Assembly (NCBI RefSeq): GCF_004010195.1
Contig: NC_057751.1
Span: 11,343,901-11,395,912, forward strand
Reading direction: 5' to 3'
DNA: 52,012 nt
From: Chiloscyllium plagiosum
Lineage: Eukaryota
The notes beneath the pieces are model-generated. The model was not told where the DNA came from and searched no databases. It was given only the letters and a program-made list of their open reading frames with translations. Below, piece by piece: positions 21,815 through 34,818 of this stretch. The position numbers and the translations under genes are program-made. Numbering within the stretch: position 1 is the first letter of the stretch; each line of letters begins with the position of its first letter.

Positions 21815-21935
21815 CTCGGAGCAAATCGCTGCAGATGCTGGAATCTGTACTGAAAACACCAAAGCTCCTGATGAAGAGTCATCTCGACTCGAAACGTTAG
21901 CTTGCTCTCTCTGCATGGACGCTGGCTGACACTGG
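21815..21935. mobile_element. Penelope-like inverted pLTR junction carrying an intact-core hammerhead
   Basis: Minus-oriented gcagatgctggaatc.. followed by plus CTGATGA-a-GAGTC/atctc/GACTC-GAAACGTT (21868-21898). Confidence 0.75.
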
Positions 21936-24306
21936 TTTGAGCTGGAGTGCAGTCAGCCCCTTCCCGGGATGAGGTTGGCTTGGAGTTTGGGTCTGTGGAG
22001 CACCACATTCTGCTCTGTCCTTCCTCTCATGTTGTTTGTCCCTGTCCCCTGGAGAGCTGAACCGACTGGTTGTCCTGATCTGTTATCCTATCTGAGTAAC
22101 CTTGGACAACCCCATCGTTAGGCCATCCCAGCAGTTTGTAAAAAGACATTTCCTACTACAGTCTCATACAGATTGCTTATTCTCCAGCAGTCTCTGTCTC
22201 TTATTCTTCTGTCTCCGCCACAAACTCCTGACCATTTTACATCACTGACTACTTCACATTCACCCCTCAAAATACAGCTTTGTGCTTGAATGGGCATGTT
22301 CCTGAGCTGTGCAACAGAAACCCATCCCTAATAGCCCCCCTGTGCTGACCTTCATGGAGCTGGCAGGGGCTGATGGAGTGCACGCTGCAGCCTGGTGCAG
22401 AAGTGAAGGAGCACTAGCTGGGCCAGGGAACTGGAAGCCTAGCACAACTTGCTCAGAGACACTGTTATATAACTTTGGAACAGTTTGGACCTGACTCCAG
22501 GCCTCCTGGCTCAGATGTAGGAATACTACCATTGTGTCACAAGAGCTCAAGGCATTCTCAGTGTAAACTAAGTAAAGAATTGATTCCTCAATCTCAAATC
22601 ATTACCAAAGGGTTATTGTGTAAAAGAAAAATCAATGCACTTTTTCCTGGTAGATACTGTACCTGAACTCAGTGAAACAGCAAGGTCTGTGAAACCTAGG
22701 TCATGCTGCAATTTCCCTGTTTCCTGCCTTCTCACATGGAGTAATGACTCAAGGCACAAATAAAACAAACAACAGGGAATGAGTCACTGGACAATTGTCC
22801 CTCCTGTGCAAGGATGATCTCTCTGTGTGCAGACAGAAACAGATAATCTTTTCCCTTATATTTGTCAGGCATCTCAATTGGAGGAAATTATCCAGAGGTG
22901 ATCACGCTTATTAATAAATATTCAGTCAGCAGATTGTGTAAACTTACACATGAGTCTTTAGATGGGTTTGTGTGATCAAAGTGGTAAACACACCTCTTTA
23001 CTGTGGCCCCGCAATGCCTTGCTTTGAAGTCTCATCAGAGTTGGTGTCTCTGCCAGAGCAGTGCCCTTGTAGAGTGATCTGCAGGCAGCCTGTGTGAGGA
23101 GGGGCAGAGAGCTCCAGACAGCCTTCTCATTGGTTTCCTCCAGTGCCTGGCCCAAAGTGACCATGAACAGCTCAAGGCACTGGGCTGTAGAGGGTTGGTG
23201 CACCTGACTGTCTGCCTTTCTTTCATGGGTCACATACATCCATGTTTGCGTGTCCCTGGAGAGGGAGCACAGTGGCAGGATTGAGGCCTTTGGAGACCAA
23301 TGGGGACCATGGGGGCTGGAGTGCATCATCACCTTGGATGATGCTATTTTAATTTAGCAAGTATCTGGCAGCCGATAATTTGTATTTTGCTACAGTGGTT
23401 GGTCAGTGCTGTTTAATCCCACTTTGTTACCTTTAGTTTAAAAGAGTAGAGGGAACTCTACTTTCAGTTTAAAAGAGTAAAGTGCCTTTCACATGGTGAC
23501 ACATCCCAAGGTGCTTTACAGGAGTATTATCAAGCATAATTTGACACCAAACCATTGAAGGAGATGCAAAGGATGGTGTCCAAAATCTACGGTCAAAGAC
23601 GATGGGTTTTGAGCAGGAAGGACAAGAGGTACAGATGTGAAGTTGAGGAAAGTCAACATGTGGTACTGATAGACTGCTGCCAGTGGTGGAGCATGCCCTC
23701 ATTCTGACTTGCCAACCTTGTTCGTGACCCTCTGTGGAAATGGTGGCGTCGATACTAATTTAATTTTCTTCTGCATGGACCTGCAAGCTCCATGTATGGC
23801 AATGACATCCGAAACCACAAGACAATGCTGCCAACAGTATCAGCATGCCAACTGCTGTGTACAGATCCTTGGAGCGACTGCACTGTGCCCAATTTGAAGG
23901 ATGGGAGGGCTTTAGAGAGGGTGCATTGCTTCTAGGTTTGAAAGGTGGAAGTCATGTGGAGAGACTGCTGAGGCTGGTGTTCGTCTGCTTCCAGCAGAGA
24001 AGGTTCAGAGCCACTTCAGATGTAGGGTCTGAAATCATTAACAGTTTGGATCAAGATTAGAAGCCTGTTTCCAAAGTCTGATGCGTCAATAGGTGGAGGG
24101 TATGGATTTCAGGTGATTGAGAATGAGAAACACGTGTTCAGTCAATGAGTGGTTCATATTTGGAATGATCTGAATGGTAAGATGCTGGATACAGATTGAG
24201 TGGCAGTGGGAATTTGCTTTATCGGATGTGGCAACCCTTACGTTATCGCCCATAACATCAAAACATCTCATTATGGGTATTGTGGTATTGAAAAATGCAA
24301 CAAATC

Positions 24307-25048
24307 ATTATGGACCAAACTGAATCCCCTCAAAACAGATCAAGGAGATAGTCTCGACCCTAACTAGCACCTCAGTTAAAGATGAGCGTAAGGCACTGCA
24401 TTACAGATGTGATTCGATTGGTCAAACTACGAATGCTTCCAGTAACACCCACTTTATTCTCACACCACGAATAAAATGCAAACAAAACTAAAAGAACTGG
24501 CATAACTTCAACTGTATTGAAATATTAAACAAAATAAAATATTATTTAACTAATAGCCGTTAATGGTTCCAATAGAGCAACATCCCCATCGAATAATATA
24601 TTATTTGACTGCCACCCATCAACTGTTCCAAAAGAGCAACATCCCCTAAACACACCCTTGGCTGAGGCAAATTCAGCAAAGCAGATTTCCCTGACCTGTT
24701 ATCTCCTCCACTCCAGGAGAAGGGAACTGACAGTATGAATCTTGCACCAAGGACAGAGCTAGAGCTGTTTACAGCAGCTATAGCAGCAGCAGAGAGAGAG
24801 TGGTATCTTGCTGCTTCAGTCCCAAATTCCCAACTTCAACAACTGGTAGCAGAACTAAAGCCTTGTGCCTGTGGGAGCGTGACTCCACCTACTCACCCTC
24901 CTTTTGTCTCATTGAAGAAAAAAAAATCCATTGCTATTTAGTCTGCTTTCCATGGAGTAGACACATCAGCACCAAGTTTACAACACTCTTCTTCAAGAGA
25001 GCCGGGACAGAACAAATTCCTCTTCTCGGCACATATCTTCAGAAGACA
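24307..25048 (-). mobile_element. Solo-LTR-like sequence related to 9592-10220
   Basis: Reverse complement starts TG and ends ..gttagggtc..ttttgaggggattcagtttggtccataa; AATAAA on minus strand near 24455. Confidence 0.5.
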
Positions 25049-26092
25049 ATTATCACAACTGATGATGATGCAGACATGACACTCCCCAGGCACATAAGTA
25101 TTTGGGCAAACCTGACGCTATTGGTTTAAAACAGAAGCTGCAGGCTTCCAGTAGAGGGTCATGTTTCCAGTCTAACTCTTGGGGTAGGATGGGTTTGAAA
25201 CCTTTATGATGCTATATATTGTGGTTTGCTTCAAAATGGAAGTTTCCTAGCATTTACTGTGTGGCCTGGGATTTCATTTAAAAGTTATTATAGCGGTAAT
25301 TAACTTTCTAAATGTCTACCACATGAAAACAAAAGGAAAAACTACAAAATGTAAAGGTATAATGCCGAAGACCAGCAATTCATTTGGCACCAAACGCACC
25401 CTAATCCAGTGTGTTGCTTTTAATAGTAAGATTCAAAATAATGGTAAACTAATACTTAGACGAGGACAGGCAAAGGAACAATGATGCCCCGTTTCACATC
25501 ATGAGTGGCAGTCCCATGGCCATTGGCTGAAAGGTTTCAGACAATTAACTGACGCAGTGAAAATAAGCTGCACCGAGGGATATCATAAACAATGAGTGTC
25601 AGGCTCAGAGAGAGGCCTTCGTGGGATAGGAGTTGCCAAGGGAAGCCTGCAGGAGCTCATCCAATTCAGCGCTGGGGCCAAGGAAATTCGAGAAGTCAAA
25701 TCCGCACTGCAAAGCTGCAAAGAGGCCAAGAGATTTTAGGAGCCAGATTCTGCACTGGGGCTCAGTCAACTCCACACTGCAAGATTCACGCAGGGACCAA
25801 GAGTAGGCTTGACTCAGAACAGTGGGCCGTTTTCACAGACAGCAGTTCTCATCAAAAGGACCTTGACAAGAGCAGTTTTCATCATGCAGTCTTTAAGAGG
25901 CAAATAGAAGTCTGAGCAGATAAGGAGGAAGAGAAACAACATCAGTGTTTCCTGGCACATCAGCTGGAGAGTATGATTCTCCTTTCATAACTCTAACAAG
26001 TCTGAAGCACTCCACACCAACAGCATGATTGTTACCTGATATCAGTGAACCATCCTCAATTGTCACAGTTGTGTCATTTCATTACCTATACT

Positions 26093-27408
26093 CATAGAGT
26101 CATAGAATCATACAGTGTGGAAACAGATCCTTCAGTCCAAACAGTCCATGCTGACCATCATCCCAAATGGGCCTAGTCCCACCTGCCTGCTCCTGGCCTA
26201 TATCTCTCCAATCCTTTCCTATCCATGTACTATCTGAATGTCTTTTAAATGTTGTAACCGTAGCCACATCCATCACTTCCTCTGGAAGATCATTCCACAC
26301 TCGCTGTATGAAAGAAATTGCCTCTTACGGTCTTCCTTAAATCCTTCTCCTCTCACTTTAAAAATATGCCCCCCTCGTCTTGAAATCCCCACCCGTGGAA
26401 AAAGACACCCACCCCTCACCTTATCTATCCCCTTCATTATTTTACAAACCTCCATATGGTCATACCTCAACCTCCTCTGCTGGAGTGAAAAAAGTCCCAG
26501 CCTATCCAGCCTCTCCTTTTCACTCAAACACTTCATTCCCAGCAACATCCTGGGAAATCTCTTCTGAACCCACTCCAGCTTAGTTATATCCTTCCTATAA
26601 CAGGGAGACCAGAACTGGTCACAGTACTCTCAAAGAGGCCTCACCAATGTCTTGTACGACCTCAACATGATGTCCCAACTCCTATACTCAAAGATCTGAG
26701 TGACAAAGGCAAGCATACTTTATCTATATGTGATGCAAACTTCAAAGGACTATGTACCTGAAACCGTAGGTCCCTTGTTCGACAACACTATCCAAGGCCC
26801 TACTTTTAATGTATAATTCCTATCTTTGTTTGCTTTATCAAAATGTAATACCTCACATTTATCCAAATTAAACTCCATTTGCCACCCTTCAGCCCAGTGA
26901 CGCAATTGATCAAGATCTCTTTGTAAGCTTAGATAACCACTTTCACTGTTCACTATACCACCAATTTTGGTGTCATCCATAAACTTACTGATCATGCTCT
27001 CTGTATTCTCATCTACATCATTTCTTTCAAACAAAAGTGGATCCAGTACCGATTCTTGTGGAACACCACTGGTCACAGACTTCCAGTCCAAAAACCAACC
27101 TTCCATCCCCACCCTCTCGCTCCTGCCATTAAGCCAATTTTGTATGCAATTGGCAAGCTCACCCTGATTCCCATGTGGTCGAACTTTCCTCATTGGTCCA
27201 CCATGTGGAAACTTGTCAAAGGCTTTACTAAAGTCTAAACAAACAATGTCAACCCCTCTGCTGTCATCAATCTTCTTGGTTACTTTCTCAAAACCTCAAT
27301 CAAGTTTGTGACATTCCTTGCCTCTCCAAATGCACATAAATCCTTTCTTTCAGAGTCACTTCCAACAACTTTCCCACCACCAAAGTCAGACTCACAGGTC
27401 TACAGTTC
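26093..27408 (-). mobile_element. CR1 LINE 3' fragment (RT domain to tail), degenerate
   Basis: ORFs 26750..27193 (VTSGVPQESVL..KFMDDTKIGG..WQMEFNLDKCEVLHF) and 26273..26548; catagagtcatagaat tail. Confidence 0.92.
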
Positions 27409-28239
27409 TAATTAACTAATGCATCATATCTAACCTGCTCCTTCTTCACAAACTCAATATCAGTTCATTGACTGCCTAACGATGTTCACAGATTCCTGAA
27501 AAACAACAATACAATGATGATATCATGAGCATGGTAAAGACATACTGACGTTCTGACGATGAGACAGAGCACAACAAATAGTAACTTTAAAAAATCAGTT
27601 TTAATAAAATTGATGTGAGGAAAGAATGGTCAGGAAGACTAACTGGATCACTCTTCAAAGGAGTCACTGCAAAATTGATGAGATACATGGCATCATTTTC
27701 TGCTGGACTCTTCCCAGATTTTAAGTCTTAGGATGGAGCTTGCAAACTGGAAAAATTGTGTCTTATTAGACTGGCCAGAAACTCTCAACAGAAGTGCACA
27801 CACAGAGCACTGCAGTAAAATCCACTTTAAGAGAGTATTTCCCTTGGTTGCGCAAACACATCACAAATGTATAATTCAGCTGCCACATACTTGTATGACT
27901 GAAGTGAAAATAAAATGCCTGTGCCATGTGTTTCTTTTTTAAGTTTGCTTTCCCTGCCCTGGGGTCAGCTCTCTCCGTCATGGTCTGTTACGGTCAGCTG
28001 CCAGGAATACAAACCGAGTCAAGGTGTTGCTCTGTTCAGATCCTCACACACCTGTCTTTGCATATTGTCTCACATGCCTGTCACAAACTAAAATAGCTCA
28101 GCCAATTCCCCACTAACCTTCCTCCTGCTTCATGACTTCCTCTTGCAGAAAGTTTTATTGTGTTGGATTACCTCCTCTGGATACTCTTTCTTGTTTTGCT
28201 TCTGTTATTTTCTGTATTGAGTTTGTTTCCTTCCCTGCA

Positions 28240-28480
28240 AGTGCAGGAAGGAAACCCTGGGTACGGATGCCTGGCCCAGTTTTGCCCCTGTGCTCCAGAC
28301 AGTCGGTACTGTCCAGCTATTGGGCTGTACAAAGTGTTGTTGTCAAGCTCCATCCTGTCCTCACTCGTGTCCACACCTGATCAATTCCAGCAGGGATAAC
28401 TGGATGGAATACTGATCAAAATTCGGGAACTCTGAGTCTACGTTCCCTCTCTTACATTTCCCTGAAAGTGCCAAAGGTGT
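28240..28480 (-). mobile_element. Old interspersed repeat, same family as ~5330-5480 (+)
   Basis: Reverse complement gagttcccgaattttgatcagtattccatccagttatccctgctgg resembles gagttcctgctcctaattgttatccagtgaccctgc at 5346-5382. Confidence 0.4.
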
Positions 28481-28539
28481 ATGTGGGTTCGATCCTATCC
28501 CTGAAAATGGGATCCCATCGCTCAGGTTGACATGCCGAT

Positions 28540-28855
28540 GGCTATGTTGCAAGTGCTGTCTCTCAGATGAGATATTATTGTGTAAGATCATCTTTTGAAG
28601 AAGTGCAGTGCAATTATCCCTCATTGTCCCAATCAATATCTCACAAATATACTTCCATGAACACAAATTATCCAATCCTCACCAGACTGCAATTTGTTTG
28701 AGATTACTGAACACACATTGGCTGTCCCATTTCCCACAATTCAACAGTGACAAATTAGTACTGGAATAAATTGAACAACTACTTTGTTGGCTGTGAAACA
28801 CTTTGGGATATCTTGAGGCAGTAAAATGTATTTGGTAAATGTAAGTCCTTCCTTT
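28540..28855 (+). mobile_element. Deu-domain SINE, old
   Basis: gtgctgtctctcagatgagat..ttttgaagaag..ttggctgtgaaacactttgggatatcttgagg..aaatgtaagtccttcc. Confidence 0.6.
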
Positions 28856-30447
28856 CAACAATGTAGCACGTGCAGGCCCCTCACATTCCTCCTCACACAT
28901 CTGCTGTTTATGCTTTTCTTCCTGTTGCTGGAGTTCTGCGCTGCTCCAGGACCCTGCTGTCTTGTGTTATGACACGGTGTGACACTGAGTAATTGGATGT
29001 TGTGTCTGAGCCTGCAGTACGTTCCTCTCCCAGCCCTGGAGACTGGTGAGATGTGGAGCTGGAGCGAGGTGTAGACTGACTAGCTACAGCCAGTCAAAGC
29101 TGTCTGTTTTGATAAGGAGATGCACCAGGAGAGGTTCAGCATTCAAGTGGTCTAAGGGGAGTGAAGGATGACTGATACTATTTCTCTCATATTGATACTG
29201 AGCACAAGCAAAGGGAACTATTGCACAGTAACATCAGATCGCATGAAACTGGAACCTGAGTCTGGGGTATTCCACCAGGCTGCTGCTATCTCTAACCATC
29301 CCTTGTGTGGAACTGTGTTTCATAAAGTCTGTTCACATTCACTCATCTGCAGGCAGGCCACACCTGAATAGAGGAACCACCACTGTTAAGGGAAGGACAG
29401 ATGAATGATATAAGTTAAACAGAGATCCTCTCATGAGTTTTCGTCAAATAACAGATCGTGCTGGAAACTGATCTTAGGTGCTCGGAGCAAGGCAATGAGT
29501 TGACTGGCTGTTGAATGCCCCAGGTTTGAGATTGAACGTCAGACTGACTGCCCATGTAATGCTTCATGAGATGAGCCTTGAGGCCAACGTCACACCCTGT
29601 GACAGAAATCGAAGGTAATAATTACACAGTGCAATCCATTTCCAGATGCCTCTCTGGATTTCATGGTGCAGGCTATTCACTGGGGGCTGGGAGAGATAGA
29701 GAGGAGCAGTTATGGATCAAACACACAAGTGCAGCGGGTTATTCCTGTCAGCCCCTGAATCAGAAGGGTTTCTTGATGATATTCCTCGGTCTCCCTGCAC
29801 TCTGCAACATATTGTACTCAAACGGAAACTTGGACAATATCATGAGCTTGCACATGGAAGTCTGTCAGGATAATGATCAAAGGTACCAAGGTTCTCAACA
29901 TGATATACTGTCAGGGAAATGAGCTGCCTTTATGAACCCCCAAGCGAGTACAAACATCTTGAAGAGATGATGCTTTTCTTGGTTGACTGGCCTTGAAGGC
30001 CATGTGAAGTGGACTGATAGAGTAACTAGAAAGCTGAACAGAAAGGGATTCCCCAGTTAACCCTTTTGGTTACAGTATGTTGGGGCAAGGATTCCGCTTT
30101 GTAGCAAGTGGTCGAATCTCCTCCTTGTTACTGGGACAGAGTCCGTTTCACTAGGCAGCGCAGGAAGAGGCCATTCAGCCCATCATGCCTTTACTAGCTC
30201 TCCTTCCCTGTTCTTTCCCTATAGCCCTGTGAATGTTTGTCCTTTAAATCTTATCCAATTCTAACATGGAAGCCTCTCAGGCTTTACGTTCCAGATCATC
30301 CCAACTCACTGCGTGAAAAACAACTTTCCAAATTTCACTTCTGCCAAATTTGCCAGTCACTTGAATGTGTGTCCTGCTAGTTTTCAATCATCATGTCCTT
30401 TCTTACTTCATCAAAACCACCCATGATTTATGAATGCTCCCTAGCAC

Positions 30448-30664
30448 TGGTGACTGGAACCAGGTGGATCTCGCTGACTTTGAGATCCTTCCCTGGGGGG
30501 TGGGTTAACTTAGGGCAACTGGGCGATAGACATAAACTGGAGATTCAGAAGCTCTTCACTTCAGGGACTGACTCTGTGCTGGCTGGGCCACAGCCGGTAG
30601 AACGTGCACATGGAAATAAAGGGTAACTTGGTGACCGGATACTGGCCCCTGGGATGTTATTTCA
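30448..30664 (+). mobile_element. Short (~220 bp) solo-LTR-like repeat, copy 1
   Basis: Homologous to 33208-33426 (cagggactgactctg.gctggctgggccacagcc; aaataaagggt; ends ttatttCA). Confidence 0.6.
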
Positions 30665-31420
30665 GACTCTAAAGCACAATGGAATATCCTGAGAACGAGA
30701 AAGTTGCAACAGAAATGCAAGTCTCGCCTCCTGTTGTTTTCACCCCTGGATCCAATTGTGTCCTCTCCCTCAAGTCCACACACTTGCACGGCAGCGTGAC
30801 TGAGTCATGTTGGCCTTCCCACTTCCTAACCTGTCCCCATAACTCGTGTTCCGTGATTTTTTTTCAATGGTGCTGATAGAAAAGGGCAAGCAAGATAAGT
30901 GGAGCCACCTGATGGATGCGTGGTCCATCAGAGCGGACTGCCTGCTTATTTCAAACAAGGACACTCACAAAGAACTGAACTCACAAACTTTGATGAGCTA
31001 ACGTTAACAGCGCCTCATAAATATCACCCGATGTGCCAAACGAGGAGAAATCACTGGAAATGCTCAGGAAGTCTGGGAGCAGCTGGAGAGAGAGAAACAG
31101 ATTGAATAGCTCGGCTTCATCATTTTGTGTCATAACCAAAAGAACTGAGAGCTGTAACAGGTTTTAGGGAATCATGGAGGTAAGGGAATGGGAAGGGCAG
31201 AAAGAGAACTAAAGGAATTTTCAGGACAGAGGAGAAATGATGGGAAAAGACAGCATGTAAGTGGTAATGGACAAGGAAAGAAATAAAAGGTAGGTCCAGA
31301 GGCGATATTCATGGTACACTCAGGTTAATTTCCGATTAATCAATGGTTAATCACTAATCTTGTAGCACGGTGGTAGTTTGAGCCAGGAAGCCAGGCTTCA
31401 ACTCCCTCCTGCTCCAGAGG

Positions 31421-31710
31421 TCATAGAGTCATAGAGGTGTACAGCATGGAAACAGACCCTTCAGTCCAACCCGTCCATGTCGACCAGATATCCCAACCCA
31501 ATCTAATCCGTGTAATAATATCTTTGAACAGGTTGATTGGAAACCATCCACAGCAGCATTTAAAAGGCATCTGGATTGAGATATGAGTAGGAAGGGTTTG
31601 GAGGGATATGGGCCGGGTGCTGGCAAGTGGGACTTAGATTAGGTTAGGATATTTGGTCGGCATGGACGAGTTGGACTGTTTCCCTGCTGTATTTCTCTTT
31701 GACTCCATGT
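31421..31710. mobile_element. Two CR1 3' tails in opposite orientation (31421-31506 minus, ~31550-31710 plus) in and next to a short tRNA-like SINE
   Basis: catagagtcatagag..gacccttcagtccaac vs ..gttggactgtttccctgctgta; SINE head tcttgtagcacggtggtag at ~31358. Confidence 0.75.
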
Positions 31711-32402
31711 CTCCATAAACAGGGATCGGTTGACACCGGGTGGTAGGATAAGATGGGATAGAGTGAGCAAATCGATAAACTCTCCATAAAGTAAAAGATT
31801 TTCGTTTCAGTCTCACCAGTTATGGTGAAACATGATCAACATCCTGTGTCCAAAGCAAGTGGAGCATTGGTTCTGTTCAGAAGTTGTTGACGCGGTAAAA
31901 AAGACTTGCATTTATCTCATGATTTTCATGACTGCTAGTTGACTCTGAACTGCCCTCTGGGATAGGAACTAAATGCTGGCCTAGCCAGTGACGCCCTCAT
32001 CCTGTGAATGAATCAAAAAAATTCCAAAATTCTTCTTTTGGAGCATTGCATTCAGCAAGTGTCATCCAAACTCACTTCTATAAAGTGAGGAAGAAGTATT
32101 ATTTTTCTCATTAACAAATCCTGGCAAGACTGAATGCTGCTGTGTGGGGTGTAAGCATCAACTTTAAATCAGTAAATTAATTTTAGCCCATTCTCCAATG
32201 CTGTCAGAACTCAATGGAAAATCAGTGTAAGGGAATCTGAGGCAGCACTGAACTAGGAAAATGGTTCTGCACTTCCAGCAATGATAGCATCCATATACCT
32301 CAGGAACATTTTAAAATCCTTCCACGTGATGTGGACATAGCTGGGAATGAAAACATTTGATATCATTCCATTATTGACCTTGAACCAAGTGGCTTGTTCG
32401 CC

Positions 32403-32532
32403 ATTTTTTTAATATAGATGTTTTTACAAGTTTACAAATAAAAAAAAACACAAGTACAAACACTAATATACAATTAAATCTTAAATCTTAAATAAATAAT
32501 AGCCAAAACCTGTCAAACAAAAAAGAAGAGAG
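32403..32532 (-). mobile_element. 5'-truncated 3' end related to the 11472-13405 element
   Basis: agtttacaaa..agtacaaacactaatatacaattaaatcttaaa..ccaaaacctgtcaaacaa matches 11485-11578; flanked by gccattttt on both sides. Confidence 0.65.
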
Positions 32533-32554
32533 TTTGGCCATTTTTAAAAACAAA

Positions 32555-32945
32555 ATAATTCACATGATGAGGATATCACTGGCTGGGCCAGCATTTATTG
32601 CCAATCCTAGAGAGCAGTTAAGAGTCAGCCACATCACTATGGGTCTGGAGTCACAGGGCGTTCAGACCAGGTAAAAATGGCAGTGTCTTTCCCTGAACAC
32701 AATGCAGTCGGATGGAGGCCAGACTGGCTAAGGACAGCAGATTCCCTCCCCAAAAGGACTTGAATGAACCAGGTGGGGTTTTTACAAGAATTGATGACAG
32801 TCACTGTCATGGTCACCATTACAGAGAATTCTTTTTAAAATAGCAGGTTAATTAATTGACTTTAGATTTCAGCAGCAGTTGGAGTCAAATTTGAACCTGT
32901 CTCCCCACAACATTAGGGTCTGAGAGTTACTAACGCAGTGACTAC
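32555..32945 (-). mobile_element. tRNA-derived SINE whose 3' tail resembles the L2/CR1-group LINE end
   Basis: tcactggctgggccagcatttattgccaatcct tail (cf. ~1970-2015, 6075-6115); B-box-like tttgaacc at ~32890. Confidence 0.55.
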
Positions 32946-33049
32946 GAGAATAGGAAAATAACATTACTCCTGCTGCCCTTGGTAAATTGTACCCTCAAGC
33001 TGGTCCTTTTCAATAAACCATCTCCACCTGGGCAGCTCCAGAACATTAC

Positions 33050-33660
33050 TTCTGAGGACCTTTTCTCTACAAATGAGCAGGATGAGAGGTGACTGAATAG
33101 AGGACTTTCAAATGATGAAGGGCTTTGACAAAGGGAAACGTACTTCCACCTGCAGAAAGAGCCTGGACTTTAGGCCAATGGCTATCAGAGAGTTGCAAAT
33201 AGACCTGCGGTGATTGGAACCAGGTTGACCTCATTGACTACATGGTTGGTGATTGGGGTTGTTAACCCGGGCCAATCAGGAAAGGCTGACCAATAGAACC
33301 AGGAGATTAGAAGCTCCTCAGTTCAGGGACTGACTCTGAGCTGGCTGGGCCACAGCCAGTGTATTGTGCACATGTAAATAAAGGGTGACTTGGAGACGGG
33401 ATACTGGCCTCTGGACAGTTATTTCAAAATCCAACAGGAAATCCAAGACTTATGCCAGAGAATGGTGAGAATGAGGAACTTGCTACCATGGAGACAGGAG
33501 AGAAAACATATCGGAGTGTTCAAAGGAAGGCCGGACGAGCAGCTGGAGGAGAAGGAACAGAAAGTTATGTGGATAGGGTGAGATGAAGAATGGTTGAGGA
33601 AGGTTCATATGCAGCAGAAATGCTGGCACTAAACAGTTGGCCAGTTTCTGCTCTGTAGCT
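33050..33660 (+). mobile_element. Old CR1 3' fragment interrupted by short LTR-like copy 2 (33208-33426)
   Basis: ggatgagaggtgactgaatagagg (LRGDLIE) before and cagagaatggtgagaatgaggaacttgctacc (QR.VR.WN.LP) after the insert. Confidence 0.6.
33208..33426 (+). mobile_element. Short solo-LTR-like repeat, copy 2
   Basis: Homologous to 30448-30664; CCAAT boxes, AATAAA, ends ttatttCA. Confidence 0.6.
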
Positions 33661-34556
33661 TCGATCCGATGATATGCGAAGCCAGATAGCTGTTACCATG
33701 GTGTTTGGCAGTAGCTCTCAGTGTTTAAGCTTTCAACAAGATCAAGCACAACTCTTGCTGGATGTTAATATTTTGAACAAGTGGAAAATAAGGCAAACTC
33801 TTGTCATACTTGGCACAAACGTGCGGCTACAAAGTAAACTTCTTTGACTGGTGTCTCTGGGAAGCTGCACTGAACAAATGGACGGCTGGAGAAATGAACG
33901 GTTTCCAGATTGTATTCAAACACCCGGGGGATCTCAGCAAACAGACTGCGATTTCAGATTTCACCGCATCCCCAGTTCAACAGAACTCCAGGACAACCTG
34001 AATCTACTATGACCCTCCAAATAAACCCGTGCCAGAAGAGAGCATGTGCTATCCTGCAGTTGCCTGACACCTTGGTGGCTGTCTATTGTGGATAACTCAC
34101 AGCTAATGAACCCCTTCACTGTCATTCTGTGAGTTTACTGCTGATACGGGAGACCTGTGTGTTCAGAACTTTCATCTCGATCAGCTCATTCTGTGTTAAC
34201 TTGACCCAGGATTGCATTCACAACATCATCTCCCCAGTTGCTGCACATTCCCCACCACAATCTGCCCTTATGGTTTTTTGCTCTGGTCCCGGGGTAAGGG
34301 GTGGCACAATCTTTGCTCGATTAAGGGGGTCAAAGTGTTTGAGAATGCACGTCTCAAAGACTAGCCAAGGATGTCTTTGGCACAAGGGCCAATATGTTGT
34401 TCCTCTCAGGACACTGCACTAATCCAAGTGATACAACAATTGCAGATTGTATTGATAGTGTCCTGTATATAGAAAAACATCCTGATGAAAATTTGCCACT
34501 CTCCAGCAGAAGGTAACATCAGGGCAGAGAACCATCAGCTTGGTCAAACACGTCTT

Positions 34557-34818
34557 GAGTCATAGAGCCGTAGCGATGTACAGCACAGAAACACACCCTT
34601 TGGTCCGACTCTCCATGCCAACCAGTTATCCTAAATTAATCTAGTCCCATTTTCCAGCACTTGGCCCATATCCCGCTAAAGCCTTCCTATTCATATACCC
34701 ATCCAGATGCCTTTCAATGCTGTAATTGTACCAGCCTCTAACGCTTCCTCTGGCAGCTCATTCCATACACGCATCATCCTCTGTGTGAAAAAGTTGCCCC
34801 TTAGGTCCCTTTTAAATT
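34557..34818 (-). mobile_element. CR1 3' fragment
   Basis: Closely matches 44616-44870. Confidence 0.9.

Noticed and set aside
28168..28675. Two adjacent minus-strand ORFs as a gene
   Set aside because: They overlap an old interspersed repeat and a Deu-SINE.
30448..33426. Intact LTR retroelement or TRIM bounded by the two short LTR-like repeats
   Set aside because: The copies are well diverged, no PBS, PPT or gag/pol is visible between them, and copy 2 sits inside a CR1 that continues on both sides; best read as two solo insertions.
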